52,154 nt of DNA from Candidatus Micrarchaeota archaeon. Lineage in GTDB: Archaea; Micrarchaeota; Micrarchaeia; Micrarchaeales; CABMGC01. The notes below the pieces were generated by a model. It saw only the letters and a list, made by a program, of their open reading frames with translations. It had not been told where the DNA came from and searched no databases. Of this stretch, positions 9,958-20,900 are shown in pieces. A program made the translations under genes and the position numbers. The DNA is taken from NCBI GenBank assembly GCA_027315135.1, contig DAHUYR010000036.1, positions 1 to 52,154 of the forward strand, written 5' to 3'. Each line of letters starts with the position of its first letter. The stretch's first letter is position 1.

Positions 9958-9980
9958 ACTGTAGCCAAATAAATTACAAT

Positions 9981-12900
9981 ATGGGTTCGGTTTCAGAAAA
10001 CCAAGGTTCAATCACATTCCTACTTCTACTTACTATTGCAATTTCAGCATTTTTTCTCCCTAGCGTTGGCGCATCTGCTTTTACTGCAACACCTGGCTCG
10101 TTCACTCTCTCAAACACAATAATAGACGTAGGACAGATCTCCGTTGCAAACACAGTGATAAGCGGCGGTTCAGGAGGCCCATATTCTGGCCAATGGTCCG
10201 AATTTAATGCAAATCAGATAAACAATCAAGTGATAAACACAATCACAGTTGGCTCCCTTCCCTACAGCGCAGCCTTCAACCCTTCCGGAACGCTTGCATA
10301 TGTGTTGAACTCCTTCTCAAACACAGCAAACGTAATCAACACAGCAACCAATACTGTGATACATACAATAACTGTAGGCTCCAACCCCGAGAGCGTGGCC
10401 TTCAGCCCTTCAGGAACGCTTGCATACGTAGTAAACGATGGATCAGGCACTGTAAACGTAATCAACGTAGCAACCAACACAGTGATACACACAATAACCG
10501 TGGGCAACGGTCCCTATACTGCAGCCTTCAGCCCTTCAGGAACGTTAGCCTACGTAACGGGAGGTTCAAACACCATAAGTGTAATCAACGTAGCAACCAA
10601 CACAGTGATAAACACAAGAACCGTGGGCAACACTCCTTATGGCGTAGCCTTCTCCCCTTCAGGAACACTCGCATACGTGACGAATCAAGGCTCAAACACC
10701 ATAAGTGTAATCAACACAGCAACCAACACAGTGATAAACACAATAACCGTTGGCACAACTCCATACAATGTGGCCGTCAACCCTTCAGGAACACTTGCAT
10801 ATGTGGTGAACAAAGGCTCAGATACCACAAGTGTAATCAACACAGCAACCAACACAGTGATAAACACAATAACCGTGGGCACCAGTCCTTTTAGTGTGGC
10901 CTTCAACCCTTCCGGAACACTTGCATACGTGTTGAACTCCTTCTCAAACAACGCAAGCGTAATCAACGTAGCAACCAACACAGTGATAAATACAGCAACT
11001 ACAGGCTCCGGACCGGTTGGTGTAGCCTTCAACCCTTCCGGAACACTTGCATACGTGGTTAATGAAAACTCAAACAATGTAAGCGTAATCGGAAACCTTC
11101 CAGAAACATCTATACAAGAACTTCCACAGACATCAAATGCTCTATCACTTACTATAAACGCTCAGAACAGCAATACACTCTCTCTAACCTTCAACGGAGT
11201 TGCTTACACAGAAAGTACAGGCTCTAACAGCATTTACGGCACATGGTCCCTCTACGGATTCGCACAGGACAACGGCACCAAAATATACTACTACGGCAGC
11301 AACACTCTTCTCCTTTCAAATTCATTGACCATAAATCCCGCGCTTACTGTTGGTTCCGTGACCCCTGCGTTATTAACAACAGATGGTGGCCAGAGCGTAA
11401 CACTTACAGGAACATGGTCAGGCGGAACTTCTCCATACACAGCCAAGTGGTATACAGGACCTGCAGGGAATACCTGTGCAGAGGACAGTACAAACATCCT
11501 TGCAACACATTCAGGATTGTCATTAACATCCAACTCCATATCTGTAACTCCTACTACTACAAACTCCTACTGCATAGGAGTGACGGATTCAGCCAGTACT
11601 CCGGTAACTCAACTCTCGGCAAATGATGTAGTAACAGTCAACCCTGCCTTATCCGTTCCAACAATCAGCCCATCAAACCCAACAATAAATTCAGGACAGT
11701 CAGTAACCTTTACAGCTTCATGGACAGGAGGTACGCCGATTTATGGTTCATCCCTGTATTCTTCAACAACCCCATCAACCTGCAACCAACAATCAACCCT
11801 TGTACAGCAGGTCACAGGCATTTCAACAACATCTGTCACGTTCTCTCCAGTAACTCCTAATTCAAATACCTATTACTGCGTCTTTACTACAGACGATATT
11901 GTAAATTTCTACTCAATATCAAATGCGATAATCTCTGGCATCAGTGCTCCTTCAGGAGTATCTATCTCCCCTTCAGGAACGTTAGCCTACGTGGCAAATG
12001 AAGGTAGTGATAATGTAGTGATCATCAATACAGCAACCAATTCAGTAACAGCTTCCATAACCTCTGGCTTTAGTGATATTCAAGGAGTATCTATCTCCCC
12101 TTCAGGAACCTATGCCTACGTAACCAACTGTAATATAACATGTGCTTTTGCCAACATCCCTGACAATGTAGTGATCATAAACACAGCAACAAACTCAGTA
12201 ACAGCTTCCATAACCTCTGGTTTCAATATTCCTTATCCAATATCCTTCTCCCCTTCCGGCACCTATGCCTACGTGGCAAATCAAGGTAGTAATAATGTAG
12301 TGATCATCAACACAGCAACAAACTCAGTAACAGCTTCCATAACCTCTGGCTTCAGCAATCCTGCAGGAGTAGCCTTCTCCCCTTCCGGCACCTATGCCTA
12401 TGTTACAAATCTGAATACCAACAATGTAGTAATCATCAACACGGTCACCAATTCAGTAATCGGTTCCATAACCTCTGGCTTCAGCGGTCCTGAAGAAGTA
12501 TCCATCTCCCCTTCCGGCACCTATGCCTACGTAACAAATTTTAACTCCAACAATGTAGTAATCATCAACACGGTCACCAATTCAGTAATCGGTTCCATAA
12601 CCTCTGGCTTCAACGAGCCTTCAGGAGTATCATTCTTTCCTTCAGGAAGCTATGCGTATGCAACAAACCTTGGCTCTAGCAATGTAGTAATCATCAATAC
12701 AGGAGCGGATATACCCAACAGCATAAACTCTGAAGTTATGATAAACACTGGAACTTCAGTCAGCAACCCATATGCAGGCGGATCCACAGGATTCTTTGGG
12801 CACCTGCCTGGGGCAACAACAATAACCTCATCTTCAACTACAACAGCCACAACAACTGCACCAACCACTTCTGCCGTCATAACTGCGCCTGTAATAACAG

Positions 12901-13469
12901 CATCAGGTACAACGGCTCAGATATGCAATGACACACATGGATACAGTGTGAATTATCCTTTGCTAAACTCAACCTTCTACTTCAAACCATCGGCTTCATC
13001 ATGCTTCAATGTAACTGCCAGCAATGCCTCCTCAACATACATCGGTTCAAACAGTGAAATAATAAGGGCAATAAATTACTCATTCAGCAACAACCGCATA
13101 CTATCAAACCTGACTATCTATTACCCAAGCAGTACTGCACCATCTGTACTACTCCCAGTCATCCTGAAGAATGGCACATGGGATGGGATAACTCCATTCA
13201 CAGTAAATGTCGCAGCGCATACGGTCACATTTGCAGCCCCTACAGGTCATGTTGTCGCACTGTTAAACACATCCAAATCAGGCATCACGACCAACACTAC
13301 TACAAACGCTACGACTTCTCTGAATACAACAACTGCGCAGACTACTCTTCCTTCAGCAATCCAGGGAAATAACTCCTCTTCATGGGAGATAGTTGCAATA
13401 GTTGTAGTTGTCATAATAGCGATTGCAATTCTAGTTTATCTGTGGCTAAGGACAAACAGGAAGTGGTGA
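9981..13469 (+). CDS. Surface protein 1: signal peptide, 7- and 6-repeat YVTN/YncE-type beta-propellers, Ig-like domains, Thr-rich linker, C-terminal TM
   Basis: Repeats of PxGVAFSPSGTxAYVxNxxSNxVxVINTATN; N-terminal hydrophobic segment; ends IVAIVVVVIIAIAILVYLWLRTNRKW. Confidence 0.85.
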   Translation: MGSVSENQGSITFLLLLTIAISAFFLPSVGASAFTATPGSFTLSNTIIDVGQISVANTVISGGSGGPYSGQWSEFNANQINNQVINTITVGSLPYSAAFNPSGTLAYVLNSFSNTANVINTATNTVIHTITVGSNPESVAFSPSGTLAYVVNDGSGTVNVINVATNTVIHTITVGNGPYTAAFSPSGTLAYVTGGSNTISVINVATNTVINTRTVGNTPYGVAFSPSGTLAYVTNQGSNTISVINTATNTVINTITVGTTPYNVAVNPSGTLAYVVNKGSDTTSVINTATNTVINTITVGTSPFSVAFNPSGTLAYVLNSFSNNASVINVATNTVINTATTGSGPVGVAFNPSGTLAYVVNENSNNVSVIGNLPETSIQELPQTSNALSLTINAQNSNTLSLTFNGVAYTESTGSNSIYGTWSLYGFAQDNGTKIYYYGSNTLLLSNSLTINPALTVGSVTPALLTTDGGQSVTLTGTWSGGTSPYTAKWYTGPAGNTCAEDSTNILATHSGLSLTSNSISVTPTTTNSYCIGVTDSASTPVTQLSANDVVTVNPALSVPTISPSNPTINSGQSVTFTASWTGGTPIYGSSLYSSTTPSTCNQQSTLVQQVTGISTTSVTFSPVTPNSNTYYCVFTTDDIVNFYSISNAIISGISAPSGVSISPSGTLAYVANEGSDNVVIINTATNSVTASITSGFSDIQGVSISPSGTYAYVTNCNITCAFANIPDNVVIINTATNSVTASITSGFNIPYPISFSPSGTYAYVANQGSNNVVIINTATNSVTASITSGFSNPAGVAFSPSGTYAYVTNLNTNNVVIINTVTNSVIGSITSGFSGPEEVSISPSGTYAYVTNFNSNNVVIINTVTNSVIGSITSGFNEPSGVSFFPSGSYAYATNLGSSNVVIINTGADIPNSINSEVMINTGTSVSNPYAGGSTGFFGHLPGATTITSSSTTTATTTAPTTSAVITAPVITASGTTAQICNDTHGYSVNYPLLNSTFYFKPSASSCFNVTASNASSTYIGSNSEIIRAINYSFSNNRILSNLTIYYPSSTAPSVLLPVILKNGTWDGITPFTVNVAAHTVTFAAPTGHVVALLNTSKSGITTNTTTNATTSLNTTTAQTTLPSAIQGNNSSSWEIVAIVVVVIIAIAILVYLWLRTNRKW
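10225..11093 (+). repeat. Seven ~126-nt intragenic tandem repeats (propeller blades)
   Basis: Recurring gtaatcaac..agcaaccaacacagtgata.acacaataaccgt and ccttc.ggaac.cttgcata blocks separated by variable segments. Confidence 0.85.
11910..12702 (+). repeat. Six ~129-nt intragenic tandem repeats (propeller blades)
   Basis: For example 12418-12483 is identical to 12547-12612. Confidence 0.85.
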
Positions 13470-13604
13470 CCCTAAAATAAGGGACATCTGCTTAATCAAA
13501 ACCAAACCCTATGCTACTATGCTTTTGTTGGCAATTGTCACCTTGCAGAAGATAAACCCGCATGAAAAACAGAAGGATCAGACTGGGAAATGCCAGAAGG
13601 CTGT

Positions 13605-13635
13605 GCCTCAGCGCTTGTACCTATGCATAGACACG
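13605..13635 (+). repeat. Intergenic direct repeat, copy 1
   Basis: gcctcagcgcttgtacctatgca matches 22418-22440 at 21/23; both are followed shortly by cacg. Confidence 0.7.
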
Positions 13636-13901
13636 GACGATGAAAAAAGTGTAAGACACATACTCGGAATCCTCAAAGTCAGGATCATTCCAAGAATCAG
13701 CTGCCTTGTATCTCCTCACCCAATTACACCGTAAAGAAAATATAACGAACACATATAAGATGGCGAGAAGAATCGAACATTAACACAGATGTCTAGAATT
13801 TACCTTTTTACTGAGGTACCTTTACGGAACAACTCCCATAGCTAAACTCCCACATTTATTAATATCGCATAATTAAATAATATGAACAAGTGGGCTAACC
13901 T

Positions 13902-16900
13902 ATGAAGCTAATATCATACTTTGCTCTTACTATATCTGTAGTAATACTACTCTCATTATCATATTCAGTAGCTGCAACTACTACATTATCAATATCTTCA
14001 ATAACTCCTTCAAATCCTAACGTAGATAGCGGCCAATCCATTACCATCACTGCAGCGTGGTCAGGCGGAACCTCTCCATATACTGTAACGTGGTATACGG
14101 GCCCTGACGGGACTACCTGCCTTCAGGAATCGGCAAACGCACTCGCAACGTACACGGGTCTATCAGGCACATCAAATAGCCTATTGGTCTCCCCTGCGAC
14201 AACCAATTCCTACTGCATAGGCGTGACGGACTCAGAATCTCCAGCAGTGACACAATTATCCTTGAACTACAGTATAAGCGCTGGGATAACCTCAGGATTC
14301 AATAATCCGCTCGGAGTAGCATTCTCCCCATCAAATACATATGCATACGTGACGAACCAGAATACCAATAACGTAGTTATCATAAACACAGCAACTAACA
14401 CTGTAATAAACTCAATAACTTCTGGGTTTAATAACCCGCAAGAGGTAGCATTCTCCCCAGGCGGTACATATGCCTATGTTGCGAACTGGAACTCTAATAA
14501 TGTAGTAATCATCAACACAGCAACCAACACCGTAGTAAATGCGATAACCTCCAGCCTTAATTCTCCTTACGGAGTAGCCTTCTCCCCTTCCGGCACCTAC
14601 GCCTATGTTACAAATTCAGGCACCGGCAATGTGGTAATTATTAGCACAGCAACCAATACGGTAACTGGAGTTATCAACCCATTTGATACGGGAGGTGCGT
14701 CAGGAGTAGCATTTTCCCCTTCCGGCACCTATGCCTACGTAGCAAACAGCGGCAGTAGCAACATAGCTATAATCAACACAGCAACCAATACGGTAACTGG
14801 TTACATTACATCTGGTTTTGGCAATTTTGATCCTGAAGGAGTATCCTTCTCCCCTTCAGGAACCTATGCCTATGTGGTAAACAAATATGCGGACAATGTG
14901 ATGATAATTAACACAGCTACCAATACCGTGGAAGGTTCGATACACGTGAGTTTCAGCAACCCGGAAGAAGCAGCCTTTCTTCCGTCTGGTAATTATGTCT
15001 ACATAAGTAATTCTGGGTCCAACAATGTGACTATAATAAAGCCAGGACTAGGCGCAGAAACAACAAACCTAATATATTCTAACATAACAGTAAATCCTGC
15101 CCTAGGCATTCCTTCCTTATCCCCATCAAATCCGAAAATGGATTCCGGAAGTTCAGTTACTCTGGTAGCATCGTGGTCCGGCGGAACACCTACATATACG
15201 GTCAAATGGTATACAGGACCATCAGGAAATACCTGTACTCAGGATTCTGCAAATATAATTGCAACACATTCTTCAATAACCGGCACTTCAGATGTTTTAT
15301 CGGTCAGCCCAACAGCAACCAACAGTTACTGTATAGAAGTAATAGACAGTGCTTCATCTCCTGAAACGACTGTTTCAAGCACAGTTGATACAAGCATAAA
15401 TTCTGCTCTTTCCATCCCTACACTATCTCCATCCAATCCTTCAATAGACGCTGGACAGTCAATTACGCTATCATCCACATGGTCCGGCGGAACCTCAACC
15501 TATGGAGCATCATTATACTCATCTTCAACTTCAGCATGCGATACAGAATCCAATCTTGTCCAACAAACGGTTGGACTTACATCAAATACAATAACGTTTT
15601 CCTCAATATCCCCAGATTCAAGCACCTATTACTGTTCATTTATCACTGATAACACTTCAGATTCATATTCTGTAAACAGTGCAATAACATCTGGATTATC
15701 CCAACCAATTGGGCTAGCATTTTCCCCTTCCGGCACCTATGCATATGTTACAAATCAGAATGCCAACAATGTAGTGATAATCAACACAGCAACCAACACC
15801 GTAGTAAACACAATAACCTCCGGTTTCAATGCACCCATGGGGGTAGCCATCTCCCCTTCCGGAACCTATGCATACGTCGTAAACTATAACTCAAACAATG
15901 TAGTGATAATCAACACAGCAACCAACACCGTAGTAAATGCGATAATCTTTGGTATATCCGGACCACGAGGAGACGTAGCCTTCTCCCCAAGTGGTACATA
16001 TGCCTACGTGGCAAATTGTGGTTCTCCATGTGGCGGAGTTGGCAACGGCAATATAGTAATAATCAACACAGCAACCAACACGGTTTCAGGTGCAATAACC
16101 TCAGGTTTTTATTATCCGGTTGGCATAGCCTTCTCCCCTTCAGGAACCTATGCCTATGTAGCAAACAGTGGCAGCAGCAACGTAGTGATAATCAATACTG
16201 CTTCAAACTCAGTTATTAATTCAATAACATCAGGAATAAACGGCCCGTACGGAGTGGCACTTGCCCCTTCAGGAACCTATGCCTACGTTACAAACTTTAA
16301 CAGCAACAACGTAGTAGTAATCAATACTGCTACAAATACCGTAACAAGCGTCATAGTCTCTGGCATGTACTACCCATCAGGAGTAGCGTTTTCCCCAGGC
16401 GGTACATATGCTTATGCATCAGATTACTACGGAACCAATAATGTAATGATCATCAATACAAAGGCATTGACAACCAACAGCATAACAGAGGAAATAACAG
16501 TAAATCCTGCCCTTTCAGCACCATTAATCTCTCCATCCAATCCTTCAATAGACAGCGGACAGTCAGTAACCTTCAGCGGCACATGGTCCGGCGGAACTCC
16601 AGACTATACTGCAAAACTCTATTCTTCAACAACCTCAACTTGTAATTCAGGCAGCACCTTAGTACAGACGCAGGGTAGTCTAACCTCAGGAAGCACAATA
16701 TTCAGTTCGGTCAGCCCAACCACAGCCACATACTACTGCATATCTGTATCGGATTCCGCTGCAACAGTATCTACTACTAACTCGATAAACAGTGAAGTTA
16801 CAGTAAACCCCGCCCTGGCAGTCCCGACACTTTCTCCTGTATCATCAACAGTTGACTATGGTCAGAGTGCTACGCTGACAGCAGCGTGGTCCGGAGGAAG

Positions 16901-17828
16901 CAGTCCTTATACTGTCACATGGTATACTGGCCCTATGGGAAATACCTGTTCGCAGGACAGTGCAAACGTCCTTGCAACATATGCTGGAATATTAGGAACC
17001 TCAAATAGCCTACAGGTAAGTCCTGCAACTTCAAACAGCTACTGCGTCGGCATAACAGATTCTGCTTTATCTCAGGAAACGCACCTGACATCAAATGCCG
17101 TGGTAAACATCGCGCTTAATTCCACATCAAAGCAGGTAACCAACCCTTATGCAGGAGGATCTACGGGCTTCTTCGGTCACCTGCCTGGGGCAACAACAAT
17201 AACATCATCTTCGACTACCACAGCTACAACAACCACTGCGTCAACCACAACTACCGAGATAACTGTGCCTGTAATAACAGCATCAGGTACAACGGTCCAT
17301 GTGTGCAATGACACACATGGCTATAGTGTAAATTATCCTTTGCTAAACTCAACCTTCTACTTCAAACCATCGGCTTCATCATGCTTCAATGTAACTGCCA
17401 GCAATGCCACCTCAACATACATCAGTTCAAACAGTGAAATAATAAGGGCAATAAATTACTCATTCAGCAACAGCAGTATAATGTCAAACCTGACAATACA
17501 CTACCGGTGCAATGCTAGGCCTTCGGACATCTACCCATACCTACTGATGAATAATATATGGAAGGAAATAACCCCGTTCACAGTTAATGTTGCAGCCTGC
17601 ACCATAACGTTTGAAGCTCCTGCAGACCCTATCATTGCAGTACTATATTTGACACATTCTAATTCAACAAACGTAACCTCCACTACAAACACTACTGTTG
17701 CAACAATTATATCAAATACGACTCAACAGCAACCAGGCATTAACATATTTTGGGTAATTGCAATAGTGATAGTAGTTATAGCCATACTGGCTGTCGTTTA
17801 TTATATAAATAAGAGACGAAGTTTATAA
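13902..17828 (+). CDS. Surface protein 2: signal peptide, five Ig-like domains, two 6-repeat YVTN-type propellers, C-terminal TM
   Basis: Same blade repeat as protein 1; Ig repeats WSGGTxxY...YCxxxxD...VNPAL; tail WVIAIVIVVIAILAVVYYINKRRSL. Confidence 0.85.
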   Translation: MKLISYFALTISVVILLSLSYSVAATTTLSISSITPSNPNVDSGQSITITAAWSGGTSPYTVTWYTGPDGTTCLQESANALATYTGLSGTSNSLLVSPATTNSYCIGVTDSESPAVTQLSLNYSISAGITSGFNNPLGVAFSPSNTYAYVTNQNTNNVVIINTATNTVINSITSGFNNPQEVAFSPGGTYAYVANWNSNNVVIINTATNTVVNAITSSLNSPYGVAFSPSGTYAYVTNSGTGNVVIISTATNTVTGVINPFDTGGASGVAFSPSGTYAYVANSGSSNIAIINTATNTVTGYITSGFGNFDPEGVSFSPSGTYAYVVNKYADNVMIINTATNTVEGSIHVSFSNPEEAAFLPSGNYVYISNSGSNNVTIIKPGLGAETTNLIYSNITVNPALGIPSLSPSNPKMDSGSSVTLVASWSGGTPTYTVKWYTGPSGNTCTQDSANIIATHSSITGTSDVLSVSPTATNSYCIEVIDSASSPETTVSSTVDTSINSALSIPTLSPSNPSIDAGQSITLSSTWSGGTSTYGASLYSSSTSACDTESNLVQQTVGLTSNTITFSSISPDSSTYYCSFITDNTSDSYSVNSAITSGLSQPIGLAFSPSGTYAYVTNQNANNVVIINTATNTVVNTITSGFNAPMGVAISPSGTYAYVVNYNSNNVVIINTATNTVVNAIIFGISGPRGDVAFSPSGTYAYVANCGSPCGGVGNGNIVIINTATNTVSGAITSGFYYPVGIAFSPSGTYAYVANSGSSNVVIINTASNSVINSITSGINGPYGVALAPSGTYAYVTNFNSNNVVVINTATNTVTSVIVSGMYYPSGVAFSPGGTYAYASDYYGTNNVMIINTKALTTNSITEEITVNPALSAPLISPSNPSIDSGQSVTFSGTWSGGTPDYTAKLYSSTTSTCNSGSTLVQTQGSLTSGSTIFSSVSPTTATYYCISVSDSAATVSTTNSINSEVTVNPALAVPTLSPVSSTVDYGQSATLTAAWSGGSSPYTVTWYTGPMGNTCSQDSANVLATYAGILGTSNSLQVSPATSNSYCVGITDSALSQETHLTSNAVVNIALNSTSKQVTNPYAGGSTGFFGHLPGATTITSSSTTTATTTTASTTTTEITVPVITASGTTVHVCNDTHGYSVNYPLLNSTFYFKPSASSCFNVTASNATSTYISSNSEIIRAINYSFSNSSIMSNLTIHYRCNARPSDIYPYLLMNNIWKEITPFTVNVAACTITFEAPADPIIAVLYLTHSNSTNVTSTTNTTVATIISNTTQQQPGINIFWVIAIVIVVIAILAVVYYINKRRSL

Positions 17829-17907
17829 TGACTGAATAATGCAGTGTGCTCGCGATTTAAAGTCAAACTTATAAAGACACATATTCTAAATATATCTCGG
17901 TAAACTG

Positions 17908-20900
17908 ATGCACGTTTACGATTCTAACAATATTGGGACATTGACAGTTTATGTGGCCGTCGCCATAATTGCAATAACAGTTCTTCCTGCTTTTACAAAT
18001 GCCTCTATTACCAGCGTGACCCTCTCTCCTGCAAAAGTGACAATAAATTCAGGTTCTCCAGTAACCTTTACGGTTTCATGGTCAGGCGGAACATCTCCAT
18101 ATGATGTATCGCTTTTCTCCTCCTTAACTCCATCATGCAACGCGTATTCTACGTTTGTGCAGCAGGAAACTGCCGTATCTGCAAACTCGGCTGACTTCTC
18201 TTCTGTAACCCCATCAGCAAATACCTACTACTGCGCCTATGTGACGGACAATTCTCCCGAGATTTATTCGATAAGCAACATCATAAGTAGCAACTCCATA
18301 ACTCAGGGGTTCTACTATCCTGTATCTACTTCCTTCGCTCCGTCCGGCAAATACGCATATGTAACAAACCCCACCGGCGAGGACATAGTGATAATCAACA
18401 CTACAACAAATTCGATAATCAGCGCAATATTAAAAGACACAGATCCGCAGGAGGTAGCCATCTCGCCCAACGGCGCATATGCCTATGTGACAAATCTTAA
18501 CGATAACAACGTATCTGTGATAAATACTACTACAAATACAGTATCAGAACTTCTGAATTCAGGATTCAGTTCTCCGACAGGAGTAGCCTTCTCCCCTTCA
18601 GGAACATATGCCTATGTGGCAAATCTTGGAAGCAACAATGTGGTGGTGATTAACACTGCGACAGGCACAATAACAAGTTCAATAACCTCCGGTCTGAGCG
18701 GTCCCGAAGGGATATCATTCTCCCATTCAGGAACATTTGCGTACATCACAAATTCCGCTTCCAACAACGTAGTGATAGTCAATACTAATTCAAACACAAT
18801 CACTGGTTCGATAATCTCAGGCTTCAGCCAGCCCGAGTCCGTGGCGATAGCTCCGGTAGGAACCTATGCCTACGTGTCAAATCCTTATGCGCACAACGTA
18901 GTGATAATCAACACAGCAACCAATTCGGTGCTAGGCGCAGAGGCACTGAACAGCTACGATCCGATGGGCATGGCATTCTCCTCTTCAGGCACGTACATGT
19001 ACATACTGAACTACTCATTATATTCAGGAAAGGTACTGGTCGTAAACCCCGGAGAAGAAGTGGCAAACAGCACCAGTAGCAATATAATAATCAATACTCC
19101 ATTACAGGTCCCTATAATAACTCCATCTAATCCAACAATAGACTTCGGGCAGGCAATAACGCTTACGGCTTCGTTAGTAGGCGGAAACGTCCCATATAAC
19201 GCAATCTGGTATACCGGACCATCAGGAAACACCTGCGCTCAGGACAGCTCAAATACTCTAGCAGCATACTATGGGTTGTCTACAGCATCAAATAGCCTAC
19301 AGGTAAGTCCTGCAACTTCAAACAGCTACTGCATTATAGTGACTGATTCTTCAAACACGCCGGTCACCCAACTGTCTCAAAACGATGTGGTGCTCGTAAG
19401 CTCTGCATTAAACCTCCCTTCCATTACAGCAAGCAACACACCCTCAGTAAATACTACACAATATGAATTATTCTCAACCTCGTGGTCCGGAGGAACATCT
19501 GCGTACACTGCAAATTACCTTGTATTCAATACGATAACGCATACAGTAATGGCAAATGCTCTTTATACAGGAATAACTGTGACAAGCAACGCCTTCCTGT
19601 GGAAAGTGCCACCTGTAGCTTATGGGAACACGATATCGGCAAATGTATTGATAACCGATTCTGCATATTTTTCTGAAAAAGCAAACAGTGTGAATGTTAC
19701 TACAATAACCGTAAGTGGTACTCCACCAACTTCTACCACAACATCTACGACTTCCACCTCTTCCACATCATCAACAACGTCTACAACAACCACTGTATCA
19801 AGCGGCGGAGGAAGCAGTGGTGGAGGCGGAGGCAGTGGTGGAGGAGGTTCATTCAAGCCTTCAGTAGTGCCGTACAACACCTCCAGCGTGCATGGCTGGA
19901 AGATACTAAACTTCTCGCAAGACAACACAGAGAATGTTGAGATAAATGGCAAGATGTTCGACATAACACTGAACTCGATATCCCCAACGTTGGTAGACAT
20001 ATCTGTGAATGGATATTCGTACACGCTCAACGTTAATCAGCCGGTATCACTTACAGGCTCGAGCAACTACCTGCTTAACCTCAATTCGATATCGTACCTG
20101 CCGATAGTCGATACTGCTGCGGTGTACATATATACTAACGAATCCATCCCGACGCATATAACACCAGTCAGCGTTACTACAAACGAATCAAATCCAACAA
20201 TCGGAATAAACGTGACATACTTGAAGCCTGAAGTATTCAATCTTGCTGCGGATAACGTAATCATTGGCATAAGATATCTAAATTCAAAATCTCCCAATAC
20301 AATAAAAGGCAAATTATCTGTACTGAACGTGACTGCAAACATGTCTCTGCCAGCAAACTACGTCAAGATAAGGCTGCTGAACATAACCGAAAACACCACT
20401 CCTGTAAACCAGAGCCTATCACTGAACCTATCCATAAGATACAATTGCAGCATACCATCATCAAGGCAGTCGGCGTTCATATATGAAAACGGAGTATGGG
20501 TCAAGATAACTACTCTTTCAATAAATTCTGCTACCTGTACCACAGAATTCAACATATCTGCTGATCCAATCGTCGGACTATTCGAAGCAAAAGTAATAAG
20601 CAACACAACCTCAAGCACAATACCTGCCACGTCAGTTCCAGTAACAACTGTCAATAATCATGCAAACAGCACCAAGACAGCTGGAGCTTCACATTATTCA
20701 GGGGGCATAACTGCAGTAGTTGTCGCAAGTATAATAGCAGTAGTAGCAATTGTATTTTATGAATATCGGCGCATAAAAAGAGGCAAAATCCCGCCTACGG
20801 TGCTGCCAGGAAGCACCGCTACGGCAGATTCTAAAATAAACAGTACGCCCTCTTCTACAGACGCTTCTTCCGGTCTTGGAGATACAAACAGGACAGAAGA

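Noticed and set aside
9804..9980. Replication origin near cdc6
   Set aside because: AT-rich, with GAAAC and AAACGGGG fragments, but no repeated ORB-like consensus, and cdc6 is internal to an operon. Cannot be supported without skew or marker-frequency data.
10225..12702. Repeat/spacer periodicity resembling a CRISPR array
   Set aside because: Units are in-frame multiples of 3 inside a long ORF, encode propeller blades and are degenerate; no cas genes or leader.
9897..13830. TTAC..GGTACC motif upstream of surface genes 1 and 2
   Set aside because: Short, different spacing to the TATA box, and absent upstream of gene 3.
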